64,000 nucleotides of DNA from Zootoca vivipara (taxonomy: Eukaryota). The notes under the pieces were generated by a model that was given only the letters and a program-made list of their open reading frames with translations, ran no database searches and was not told where the DNA came from. Shown here piece by piece: positions 24,201 to 35,737 of the stretch. The position numbers were made by a program, and so were the translations under genes. The first letter of the stretch is position 1, and each line of letters starts with the position of its first letter. The stretch spans positions 56,792,001 through 56,856,000 of the forward strand of contig NC_083285.1 in the NCBI RefSeq assembly GCF_963506605.1, in the 5' to 3' direction.

Positions 24201-27200
24201 AAGCCCTGCAGCATTACCTTTCAGGAGGTGTGCTTAGAAAGGTAACAAAGAGCTATTTCATCCCCAAGGGTGCTGGAGACTTGAAATGAAACCGCCATTT
24301 GACTCTGCAGCAAGCCACACACTCTCGACTGAGAACTGATGGATAGGCTGACACAAGCTTTCTCTCTTCCACCTCTTCCTTAGACTGAACCTGTTTCTGC
24401 TCCACCCCCCCCCCCAAAGGATTTTTGTTTCTGAAGTTTGTTTATTGTTTGTTGTTTGTTGTTGTTTTGACCATCATAGTCATATCAACCACCGGAAAAA
24501 AGAATATACATCCTTTACAGTATATACATAAATATAGCATTAAAACATACATTCGCACAAACGTGATACTAATAGTTTTTTTTATATTTCATTCCCAATT
24601 AAATCTTTACAGTCCACCACATTATCCTCAATTTTGGGGCAGCAACTGTGAACCTCACAAATTTGTCTTTCGCCACATCAGGCCTCTTGCTTAGCAAATC
24701 AAGGATAAACCTAGTTCTTGGTTCGGAATACAGAGAGCAATATAGTACATAATGTATAGATCTTCTGCTGCTTGGGTACCAAAAATTTTGGTACCGCCAA
24801 ATTTTCCTGTAGCATCCTTCTAAATCAGCAGTAGGCAACCTAAGGCCCGTGGGCCAGATGCGGCCCAATTGCCTTCTAAATCTGGCCCACGGACAGTCTT
24901 GGAATCAGCATGTGTTTACATGAGTAGAATGTGTGCTTTTCTTTAAAATGCATCTCTGGGTTATTTGTGGGGAACAGGAATTTGTTCATTTTTTATTTTC
25001 TAAATATAGTCCAGCCCACTACATGGTCTGAGGGACAGTGGACCGGCCCACGGCTGAAAAAGGTTTCTGAACCCTGCTTTAAACAATAAACAAATTCATG
25101 GTGGATAAGATGTTCATCTTCGCTCCCATAGCCCCACACCAGTTATGTGACCCGTGAGATCACAGTGTTCAAATGATGTGCTTTTTCAGTATTGTTTTTT
25201 AAAGAAGAAGAGGAGTTTGGATTTGATATCCCGCTTTATCACTACCTGGAGGAGTCTCAAAGCGGCTAACATTCTCCTTTCCCTTCCTCCCCCACAACAA
25301 ACACTCTGTGAGGTGAGTGGGGCTGAGAGACTTCAAAGAAGTGTGACCAGCCCAAGGTCATCCAACAGCTGCATGTGGAGGAGCGGAGACGCGAACCCGG
25401 TTCACCAGATTACGAGCCTACCACTCTTAACCACTACACCACACTGGCTCTCTAATGGATTTATATATACTGCTTTACCTGGATGTCTTCCTCAATTTGC
25501 TTTCTGGTGTCGGCCTTCACTAGGACCACCAGGCCGCGCTGCAGTTGGTAGCGAATAGCCACGAGAGCTGGGCTTTTGTTGTACTTCTTGGCGATCGCAA
25601 CCAACAAAGGGTCTTCAAGAAGGGGAGGAGCGTCTGGATTTAACCTGTTGGAGAGCAACAAGGAGAGAAAGTGTGTTTCTGGTGTCAAGATGCACAAATA
25701 TATACACACAACTATAGGATGGGGGGGCACTTGGGGACCCAACCTGTCCAGCAAAACAAACTTTTCAATCACAGGGGTACCTAAGAAGGGAAAGAAAGGC
25801 CCAAGGAATTCTGTGTGCCTGTTGGAGAGTCGATATGGAAAAGAGGGAGGGAATTCAAATGAAATGGAGGATCCTGGAAGAATACATAGCTCATTGTCTT
25901 GAAGGAGAACTCAGTATTTGTTGCTGGTCCCACTTGTAAAGAATAAGCATTTAAGTGGCTTCCAATACAGTGGTACCTCGACTTACGAAGGACTCGACAA
26001 CCGAATTGTTCAACTTATGAATCGGGCAAATGGCCGCACGCTTACGAATTACTCGACATCGGAACAGAAACCGTGGCGGTTTTAGACTTTTCGACTTAAG
26101 AATTTTTAAATGGGGTTGCTTCAACTTACGAATTTTTCCGTTTCCAATGCATTCCTATGGGAAATCGCGTTTCCAATGGCGCTTTTCGACTTACGAATTT
26201 TTTGACCTACGAAGGTGCCTTCGGAATGGATTAAATTTGTAAGTCGAGGCACCACTGTATAGATGAATGCAATACAATTCAAAATTCTGAGACACAAGAA
26301 ACAAGCTATGTAAAAAGAGAAATGCTATAATTATTCAAATGCAAGGCCGGGTGCAGAGTCCTTTCATCCTTGCCATTTTACTGCTTTAAGCTCCATGAAA
26401 CATTATATAAAAATGATTTAAAAACAGTACAAAATTTCAGAAGCAGAAATTATTAAATAGCCCCCTGGCCACAACATTTAAAAACATATGTTTGGGAGAA
26501 GTCAATCAGTTATATATAAAAAAACACTTTAGCAATGGAAAGGTTTCTGAGAATGTCTAAAATGGGAGGGGAAGAGCTTTGTAAATCTCTCTCTGGAATG
26601 AGTTCCCCAATAGTGGGGCCACTACAGAAAAGGTCCTGATGCTGGTATCCACCACGAGGATCTCTATTAATTGTGGGACCAAGAATGCAACCTTCAGAGC
26701 TGATGTGGATGCTGGGGAATAGTGGGCCTAGGTGGTCCCTGAGGTGGTCCCCAAATGTTTTGGCTTCATCTCTTACCATCTTGGGTCCCTTTGGGATCCT
26801 AGGACACTATATCCTTCAAGGACGATATTGTTTGACTTGCAGAAGGCCAGCAGCTTGCTTTGGTTCCTATAAGGATGGCATTCAACCTGCAGATTCAAAA
26901 TCCCCCAACACAGCCCAAAAGTGAGAATTCAGACGGAACAAAAATACCGTGAAATAAAAGAAAGAAAGAAAAGCAGAACCATGCTATTATTTTTTGAAAT
27001 ATCCAGCTGTTACCTTTTTAAAAGTATGTTGTGTTTTCTGATGTATCAGAATCTTTAGACGACCATTCTTGCATTTGTGGTTTCCATTGCCACGCTCCTC
27101 ATCCATGAAATGTGTGTTAGCTGAAGATGGGGGACAGGGCTTATTCCCCCACAATCTCTTGTCACCCCAGCCCTGTTGGAAATATCCTGGGCAGGCTGTC

Positions 27201-30200
27201 CTGCCCGCAGTGTCTCTATATCTGCCCACTCAGTCTCTGAATTTTCTATGTTGAGCAAAAAGGTCTGATTGGTTACATGATTTACACCAGTGGCCAAGTG
27301 AATCAGAGCTGCTTGGGTGGAACAGCTTTCCCCAGTTGCCTAACTCAAAAGCCCTTCGCTCCCCCCTTGAGAACTTCCAGAGTCCTCACAAGAGGCTGTG
27401 TGGGCTCTGACTGTTAGGATTCTTGCCCTGTGCTTGCAGTCATGGGATTGGTTTTATCACATGACGGTGTGGGAAGTGACGGAGACATGATGTTTCATAT
27501 TACTGTGTTCCGTGATGTAGGACTATTGTCCTTTGTTCTCTCTCTCTGCTGTTTGATGCTGAGTCAGAATGTTCTGAGTGTATTATATGTAAATAAAGTA
27601 GTTTAGCCAAAATGCTGCGCTGCTGAGTCTGTCACGCAAACTGCTAACACTCTGCTGTTCCTAAGCGTGCTGATTCCTCTTGGTATCTTGCCACTGTGAT
27701 GTTCGGGGTGGAGAAAGCTTTTGAAGATCCTGAACGACTGACCAGGAGGGAGAGAACATGCCAGTCGGGCATGTGTCTCTATCGGAGTCCTACTTGCATG
27801 TAGGATGATCCTGACACTGACTGCTTGCAAGCCTCCTTCTACCAGAGATGCCAGTTTCAAACATTATGGACTTCTCCACATTTCCTTTTGTCTGAGGATT
27901 CAGAGGTCTTGATGAAATGAGAACCCATTACTGGTTCCAGGAATTGAGGGGAGTCCACCCCACAACTCATAACCATATCTTCTTGTGACTGGATCTGCAA
28001 CCTTATAGACTTAAGCAAGTTTTTTCAGGGAATGGCTGTGTTCGTCAAAACAAAGGTCCTCTCACAAAAGAGCTTAAATAAAGAAGCTTTGAACAGTGCT
28101 TGGAACAAACCCCTAAACAAAGCAATCACACTTTACCTGATTTATCACTGGCTTGTATTTCAATCCTGGCTTGTTCAGGATCAATTCCAGCTGCTTACAG
28201 GTGAAGTTGGACACTCCAATGGACCTCACCAAGCCAGCATCTTTGCACGCCTCCATTGCCTGGCAAAGAAAACACGACAAGTTTGTTGAGTGGTGCTTGT
28301 TGAATAGCTGAAGGCACACTTTTTTTTTCCAGATTAAGATTGGAGGCTTATAGTTCACCAGCTCTCATAGGAGCCATTGTGTGAGTCATTGTTCTGGACA
28401 TGCCTCCACTGGTGGAAGGTTATTATGCTCTGTATCTGAATGAATGACTCAAGGGCTGGATTTGCTAATCCCAGGCACCTACCTCCCATGTCTTTTGAAG
28501 ATCTACAATGTCAATAATCAATTTCTTGTCTTCTCCCATGGGAAATAAATCTGATCCAGGCTGGAAAAGAAGGAGGCGGAGGGAATAAGTGCATTTCAGG
28601 CCTATGAGTTCACAAGCACCACATTTCACATTCTTGTTTATTCAAGAGGGATAAAGTGTTACTTTATCCAGGAAAAAATACTTACCGTATGTTGAAATAT
28701 TAGGTAAAGGACCCCTGAACAGTTAAGTCCAGTCAAAGGTGACTATGGGGTTACGACGCTCATCTCGCTTCCAGAACGAGAGAGCCTGCATTTGTCCTCA
28801 GACAGCTTTCTGGGTCATGTGGCCAGCATGACTAAACCACTTCTGGTGCAATGGAATACGATGACACACAGAGCACACGGAAACACCATTTACTTTCCCA
28901 CCACAGTGGTACCCATTTATCTGCTTGCATTGGCATGATTTCAAACTGCTAGGTTGTCAGAAGTTGGGACAGAGCAATGGGAGCTCACCCCATTGCAGGG
29001 ATTCGAACCACCAACCTTCTGATCGGCAAGCCCAAGAACCTCAGTGGTTAAGACTACATCTCCACCAGCAAACCCCCCCCCCTGTTTCAATATTAACTCA
29101 GTATTGTCTCTTTTAACTCAGGGGTGGGGAATTGGTGGATCTCCAGGCTTTGCTGGCCTCAAAGTCCCATCAGCTGCAGCCAGCAAGGACAATGATCAGG
29201 GATGATAGGAGTTGCAATTGAGCAACATCTGGAAGGCCACAGGTCCCCCATACATGCTTTATTTTTTTTCTGTGCCCCATAGAACAAACTGTCTTCTCTC
29301 TCTGCACAAGTCTGTCTCCCCATCTCTCAAACCCTTTTTTCCTTCCCTCGCTCCCTCGCCAAGTCCTGCTCTGCACATGATTTCTGTCTTATGATGCCCA
29401 TGTGGTTAAAGTAATCGCTATATGCAGATGTTTTCTTTAACTGGCATGGGTTCTTCTCCAAAATCTGGGAGCGATCATTCTTTGATTGAGATACGGTCTA
29501 GTAGAGAACTGTCAGCATCTCTAGGAAATGACAATTCCCAATGTTCCTTCAGGGAATCAAATATTTTAGCAGCCTCTCTCTCTCTCTTCAAATATTGTAC
29601 TCAATACTTGCATTATGACATCAATAATTCTTTACCTTCATAGAATACGGATTGTGAATTATGAACAGATCCATGTAGTCAAACTGGAGTTTCTTCAGCG
29701 ATTCTTCCAAGCATTTCCGAACCAGCTCCGGGCGGTGGAAGGTACTCCAGAGCTGTCAAAAATATATAGAGATTTATATTTTCACACAGCCATAGAGTTT
29801 TTGGATCTCAGGACAGTTTAGCTGTGGCAGATGACTATTCTGGTGTGCACAGTGTTAAGGGCAAACTCAAATATTGTTCTGAATAGTATTTTGAATTGCT
29901 GTGATGAGGTAAAGCAATTTTAAAGTCATCATTGCTAATAAACAGTATATTTTTTACCATTTATTTATTAAATTTATATATTGCCCTTCATCAAAAGATC
30001 TTGGAGGAGTTCATAAGATAAAAGCACAAGATAAAAGAACAAATAGTGAAAACAGAAGCAACAACACAGGAATCCTTCCTCCCAACAACCAGTGGCGTAG
30101 GAAGCCACACGGGCGCCTGGGGTGGCGTGCCCATGTGCGGGGCGAGCCACCCCTAGGGGCGAGGTGAGGTTGGGGCCTCCAGAGTCTGTCAGTCTCCTCC

Positions 30201-31487
30201 CACTCAGCTGCCCTACAGCTGGGGGGGGGGGAGCAGAGGGCAGACCGTTTGGGCAGCGAGGAGCCTGTGCGCGCCCAAGCCAGCACGTCACTCCCAGGAG
30301 AGATGTGTGGCTCGGGCGTGCTGAAGGCCCCATGGTGATTGCCGCCCGGCATTTTGTCACCCCTGTCACTGGTGACATCCGGGGCGGACCTCTGGAATGA
30401 ATTAAGTACAGAACCAGAGGTACCACTGTATTCAGTTTTTTTAAAAAATGCCAAACTCACTCACTTTTCCAGTGTAGAAAATATCTTCCCTTTTTATTGT
30501 TCCATCTGAAATCTTCGCACGAACGGCCCGCCCAACGTGCTCCTCTGTCTGGTATACATAAGCGCTATCAATATGCCGGAAGCCCAATTCTATTGCTATC
30601 TTTGCAGCCTCCTCACACGTACTTTTGGGAACCTGCCGAATGAAAAGGCGAAAAGGTTAGTCAAGGTCTCTGCTTCAGTGGGGGAATTAATATCAAAGGG
30701 TACCGCTGAGTAACACTGAGTGTCGGTGGACATTTTCAAACTAGACCTGAGTCCCAGGGACTCAGCTAGGCTCCATCTAGACGCATCAAATGAAAAGAAA
30801 GAAGAAGTGTAAAGAAAAAGCGATTTATATGTGTTGCATGTGCAATATAACATTGTGCCACCAGATGGCGAAACGGAGTCCTGTTTTCCTCTACCCGTTT
30901 TCCCTGTTTAAATTTACAACGCTTTGAACAAAAATGCTTCTTTGATGTGTCTAGATCCAGCCCTGCTGATGCCTGAGTCCTCTTGTGGGGTCTCTTTCAT
31001 GAGGCAAGGTGGCGTTGACCAGCCATGACAACAAGGCTCCAATCAAGGTTGCGAGGTGGTGAGTTGTCATTTTAATTTTCCATAATCCCTCCACCAGCAC
31101 ACACCAAGGCACTGTGGGAAATTAAAACGGGTGCTTCCAGATAGCTGCCAGGTGGGGAACAGGATGAAATCTTATTTTGCATTCATGGTATGTACATGTA
31201 TGAGAAATAGCAATTTCTGAGTGTTTGACCCCAAAATGCCAGATTTATTCATGGATTTATGAATGGTCAGGCAAAGAGAGACAATTTTTAGGACTTTTAA
31301 GATCACATCAAAGTCAGCAGAGTTATTGCAACCCCATATAACACATGCATCTCTATGGAGAGGACTAATTAATCAGTGAACCTATTATATACGCACAGTA
31401 CCTTACCGTTTCGTAGCTGACAATACAATAATATGTACTCCAGGGTTTGGTTTGGCTTTTATGTCATGTTGATGGTGTTATGTTATA

Positions 31488-31573
<86 letters not shown>

Positions 31574-33495
31574 CTGCATATGTAGAGACAGGGGATGGAT
31601 CAGGAAAATTCAGATTAGCCTGGGAAACAGCAGGCTTTTATTGACTGCAGGTCAGCACCAGATTTAAGGGGGTATGGGTGGGTCTACACATGGGATGCAA
31701 AGTCAAGGGGGCGCACATTAATGGTGATGTTGGTTATACCTATATTTATTTGGGTACCTACTGAGAAGATCCATAAAAAAACTGTACCAAAAGGAATTAT
31801 TGTGAAAAAATGAAATATTTAATGGTGTGTGTGTGAAATTTTGATGTAGGTGGCGTTTCGGCTCTATGCCTGATTTCCTTCTAACCCCAGGCTCCAACAA
31901 GAATCCAATTGCTGGAATAGGTATGCAGGTCTCTTGGCAATGACCACTTAAGTATGAGAGGTTAAGGTAATAAACGAAGCAGCTCTGTGCCAGAGGGCAA
32001 ATGGGTGGGTAGTTAGAAAGTCAAAAACTAGGGTGTGTGTATGAGAGAGAGCCAGGAGTTGGAAGCAGAAAGCAGGCTGGGCAGCTGAGAGATGGAGCCA
32101 GGCCTGGTTTCTGCTGCAATCCAAGGTTATGGCCATGGGAGAAGCAAGTTAATGCTGTGAACCCCTCCATCCTTCTTGCTGGCAGCTGTCTGTCTCTAGA
32201 GACAATGGAGTGTGCCTCCGGGGGAAAGTCAAACTGCTGTGTTAGCAGCACCAAAGTCACTTCCCTAGGGCGCAAGTCTGGGCAGTGGGTATGGAGGTCC
32301 TGGGCTGCCCAGATGAAAAGGCCTCCCTCTCATGTTTGCTGATGTGATCCAAAGGAAAGCAGAGTAATATATTTGGCACCAGCTTGGCTGCAGGAGTTGC
32401 CAGAAGGAGGCATGCAATGCGTCACCCAACCATCTTAGGAATGCCACCCTGAAGATATCCCACAAGGCAGCTGAGGTTCAAGAGCAGAGTTTTCCTTCTC
32501 CTAGATAGGCTACCTCCCAGGGCCGGCTCTACATAGACCCCCGGTGGCGCAGCGCACCACGGCGGGGGGCTGGTAAGGTGGGCGCCGGCCTGGCAAGGAG
32601 GGCGCCGCGCGCGCGGAAACCAATTGCGCACTGCGAGGGCGGGGCGGGCGGCGGAGCGATCTCCACCCCTCAGCACCAGGGCGCGCGATCTGCTCAAGAC
32701 GGCCCTGCTACCTCCCTAGCTGGATGAGCCCCATCCGCCCTTCATTTCCCTCTACAGCCCGTACAGAAACCGCCTTCTTGACCGTTGGATCCACTAGTAA
32801 GCTCATCTGTTCTATCTGCCAGAGCCTCTCTTCACATGCAGGATTGAAAATGAGCAATCAATTAACTTGTCAGTTATTTTGGTTCAATCAGTGGAACTCT
32901 GTTGAGACATAAAGTTTGTAGAATGCTCTTTTGAAAAATTGGTTAAAATGTTTGTGAAATAGGAGAAATATCCAAGAAAGGATGGAGAAAGTTTCTTTGT
33001 CAGCCTGTATCTCTTTGTTACTCCCAACAAAACTAATAAGGGGCACTTATAGTTCTATAGAAATATTTTTTAAAATATCACTCGACATTTTGCATTGGGG
33101 ACTTTGAACCCTGTAGCAGCAATTCACGCTGGAAACTGTTTCTCAGCTACAAACCATCCAAGTCTTGCAGAAAACAAGCCCCTTGTTGAATGTGAAGCAT
33201 CAACTAGGCAGAGGGCCTTCTTGGTGGTGGCGCCTGCCCTGTGGAACGCCCTCCCAACAGAAGTCAAAAAGGAAAACAATTACCAGACTACTCTGTTGCA
33301 TTCTTGGCAGCTGTGCTTTGCAACTGTATGAAGCACCCAGCAGTTGACAGGCATTTTGCTCTTCAAAACCAAGTTACTAAAATTGTGAGAGTTAAATGTT
33401 TTACTTACAGTGTCCGGGGTATAGGTTCCAAACCCCAATACGGGGATTTTGTTCCCATCATTCATTGTAATGCCACGGTCTTTGCTAAGTGCCAT
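21295..33495 (-). CDS. Aldo-keto reductase family 1C-like gene, copy B (complete, 324 aa)
   Basis: Exons 33409-33495, 30465-30632, 29636-29752, 28483-28560, 28137-28259, 26777-26886, 25479-25644, 21777-21859, 21295-21337. Total 975 nt, no stops, ends ...[13 protein letters not shown]. Close paralogue of copy A with alignable introns. Confidence 0.94.
21424..21560 (+). mobile_element. tRNA-derived SINE with CR1-type tail
   Basis: GGGATAGCTCGGTCAGTAGAG...CTCTTAATCTCAGGG head; GGTCCCTTCCAACTCTACAATTCTATGA tail. Related copies near 34400-34540 and 59195-59340. Confidence 0.65.
22200..22885 (+). mobile_element. L2 LINE 3' fragment
   Basis: Translation [10 protein letters not shown]...DHITLVL...[19 protein letters not shown]...WNALP; ends GGGCATATAAATAAAT(TAT)n; absent from copy A. 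Confidence 0.8.
22991..25076. mobile_element. Composite unit: two direct hAT MITE copies (22991-23243, 24826-25076) enclosing 1.6 kb of cargo
   Basis: Single 8-bp TSD CTTTAAAC at 22983-22990 and 25077-25084. Copy A has the uninterrupted site (about 1433-1440). Confidence 0.8.
25203..25452 (-). mobile_element. Squam3-like tRNA-derived SINE
   Basis: Minus-strand head GAGAGCCAGTGTGGTGTAGTGGTTAAGAG; (CTT)n tail; absent from copy A. Confidence 0.7.
25968..26257. mobile_element. Tc1/mariner (Tigger-like) MITE
   Basis: TIR CAGTGGTACCTCGACTTAC; TA TSD; empty site in copy A (about 4924). Confidence 0.85.
27412..27816 (+). mobile_element. Solo LTR
   Basis: TGTTAGGA...TCCTGACA ends; 5-bp TSD CTGAC; internal AATAAA at about 27592; empty site in copy A (about 8847). 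Confidence 0.85.
28700..29055 (-). mobile_element. Sauria SINE (diverged)
   Basis: GGTAAAGGACCCCTG...GGGATTCGAACC...CAGTGGTTTA. Confidence 0.75.
30090..30430. mobile_element. GC-rich non-autonomous DNA-transposon fragment joined to a mariner-type TIR end
   Basis: Starts CAGTGGCGTAGG; ends GAGGTACCACTGTA; absent from copy A. Confidence 0.5.
31490..31568. repeat. (CA)n(GA)n compound microsatellite
   Basis: Direct reading. Confidence 0.95.
32518..32707. mobile_element. GC-rich hAT-like MITE
   Basis: TIR CAGGGCCG/CGGCCCTG; 8-bp TSD CTACCTCC. Confidence 0.8.
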
Positions 33496-33659
33496 TTTCT
33501 GCTTCTGTGCTTCTTCAGTTCTTGGCTGCAGGCTGAAGCTGAACAACACTCTCGTGGCGAAAGGAAAAACTCGAGTGAGAAAAATGAAGTTTGTGTTTCC
33601 AATGAAATGTCTTCTGTTGGCACAATAGGAGGGGGGTGCTTAAATACTTGGAAGAAATG

Positions 33660-33878
33660 AGAGAGAAGGGCAGGGAAACCTATGGCCAACTTTTTATCAC
33701 TAACTGTTGGCAAAATGTCCTTTGCTCTACACCAGCAGTTTCCTTGTTGACTTAGCAGCATTGCTTTCACAGGATAAACAAACTGTGGCCAACTTTTTAT
33801 CAGTAACTTTCAACAGAATGTCCTTTGCTACACCAGCAGTTAGTTTTCATTGTTGTTAGCAGCATTGCTTTCATATGA
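33660..33878. promoter_or_regulatory. AKR-B upstream tandem unit with ARE-like TGACTTAGCA (33748-33757)
   Basis: Same ~105-bp unit as upstream of copy A; fits the ARE core TGACnnnGCA. Confidence 0.5.
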
Positions 33879-34275
33879 NNNNNNNNNNNNNNNNNNNNNN
33901 NNNNNNNNNNNNNNNNNNNNNNNNNNNNNNNNNNNNNNNNNNNNNNNNNNNNNNNNNNNNNNNNNNNNNNNNNNNNNNNNNNNNNNNNNNNNNNNNNNNN
34001 NNNNNNNNNNNNNNNNNNNNNNNNNNNNNNNNNNNNNNNNNNNNNNNNNNNNNNNNNNNNNNNNNNNNNNNNNNNNNNNNNNNNNNNNNNNNNNNNNNNN
34101 NNNNNNNNNNNNNNNNNNNNNNNNNNNNNNNNNNNNNNNNNNNNNNNNNNNNNNNNNNNNNNNNNNNNNNNNNNNNNNNNNNNNNNNNNNNNNNNNNNNN
34201 NNNNNNNNNNNNNNNNNNNNNNNNNNNNNNNNNNNNNNNNNNNNNNNNNNNNNNNNNNNNNNNNNNNNNNNNNNN
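33879..34275. other. Assembly gap (N)
   Basis: N run. Confidence 1.
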
Positions 34276-34926
34276 ATGCAGAGGCCTATTGCAATTTTTG
34301 TTAAAGATGCTGGGAATGGTAGCTTTGTGAGGGGTAGACTAGAGTTCCCAGAATTCTTTTCGAGAGGTCATATGCTTTAAAAGTGCTCTATATCATTGGA
34401 TCATAGAAATGTAGACTTGGACGGGACCGTGAGGATCATCTATTTCAGCCACCTGCAATGCAGGAATCTTTCGCCCAGTGTGGGGCTCAAATCCACAACG
34501 CTGAGATTAGAGTCTCAATCTGTACCAACTGAGCTATCCCTTAGGGTGAGTTTGTTTACACAGTCACCTTCGGTTTGGAGTAAACACCATCAAAACGCAA
34601 TGCACCATAAGAAATGTTAGGGTGGATAAAGGATGTGGAATGTGGCGCTGTGTGCACAACGCTTCCCAAACCAGCCGTGGGATCACCCTGAATGAAAGGA
34701 AGAGTGTCCACAGAATCAGCCTCTACTGGAGGGTTCAGGTTACGCAGAGCAGTGGCTGAGTGGGAGAAGCAAGTAGCAACAAATGATTTCAGCAAGGACA
34801 TTTTAAATACTGTTACAGATTCCAGAGGATAAAATGCATGCGTATAACATCATCTGCTGTGAAACAGAGTGACCAGAAAAACATAGTCAGAAGTCATTTC
34901 AGGTCAAGATGACAGACAATCAAAAC

Positions 34927-35055
34927 CTGAAGAAGTGTGCATGCACACGAAAGCTCATACCAATGACAAACTTAGTTGGTCTCTAAGGTGCTACTGGAAG
35001 GAATTTTTTTATTTTGTTTCGACTACGGCAGACCAACACGGCTACCTACCTGTAA
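34927..35055 (+). mobile_element. Solo Penelope pseudo-LTR carrying the hammerhead core
   Basis: CTGAAGAAGTGTGCATGCACACGAAAGCTCATAC...CTACCTACCTGTAA; TSD AATC(A/G)AAACC; empty sites in the paralogous flanks (about 14044 and 20229). Confidence 0.85.
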
Positions 35056-35646
35056 TCGAAACCCTGTGCTCTTTACTCCTCACAGCCAGCAATCGTTATT
35101 CCTGCCCATCCCTTCCTCAGAAGTGGAAGCTGTGACTTTGTAATTTAGAAGTTTCCCATCATGTCCTGGTTCCCACATGCATTTGGTTGGCCACTGTGAG
35201 AACAGGCTGCTGGACTAGATGCGCCACTGGCCTAATTCTGCAGGCTCTTCTTATTTTCTGAAGTTATTTCAAATCATCTTGGCAATAAATCTCAGGCTAT
35301 GCAGCTGCTTCCTTTTCTGAAGGTTTTCTGAAGGTTAATCCCCCCCCCCCGGCTTCTGCTATTTTCAATATACGAAACACCCCCTTGAAACTGCTCTTTG
35401 ACACATTAGGGAGAACTAGGGATGGAGGAGGAGTTCAGTTTTGTTCACATTTTTAATGAGAAACTACACAGCTCACACTTCTTGAACCAATATTCAAATC
35501 AAAATGCAGTTATCCAAAAGAAAGTGGTAATTCCCTGCATTGTGTGATGCAGTTGTTCAGCTACAGAATAATTGCAAAAATGCATATACTGGGGTAAAGT
35601 ATGCATTAAAGAGCATATATTAGGGAAAACACCATGCAAAAAATGC

Positions 35647-35652
35647 TTTATT
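35647..35652 (-). terminator. Candidate polyadenylation signal of AKR-C
   Basis: AATAAA about 85 nt after the stop; a second AATAAA overlaps the stop codon (35737-35742). Confidence 0.55.
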
Positions 35653-35737
35653 TTAGGCAAAATTGCAAAGAAAAATGTGTATGGTAGATTCATCTGTTGA
35701 AGGGAGAGAAGAACATAGAGGACAGAATCAGTCAGTT

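Noticed and set aside
25968-26257. CRISPR-like array (repeated CGACTTACGAA)
   Set aside because: Sub-terminal repeats of a mariner MITE with irregular spacing, in eukaryotic DNA.
19494-34380. ORFs containing long X runs
   Set aside because: Artefacts of the two N-gaps.
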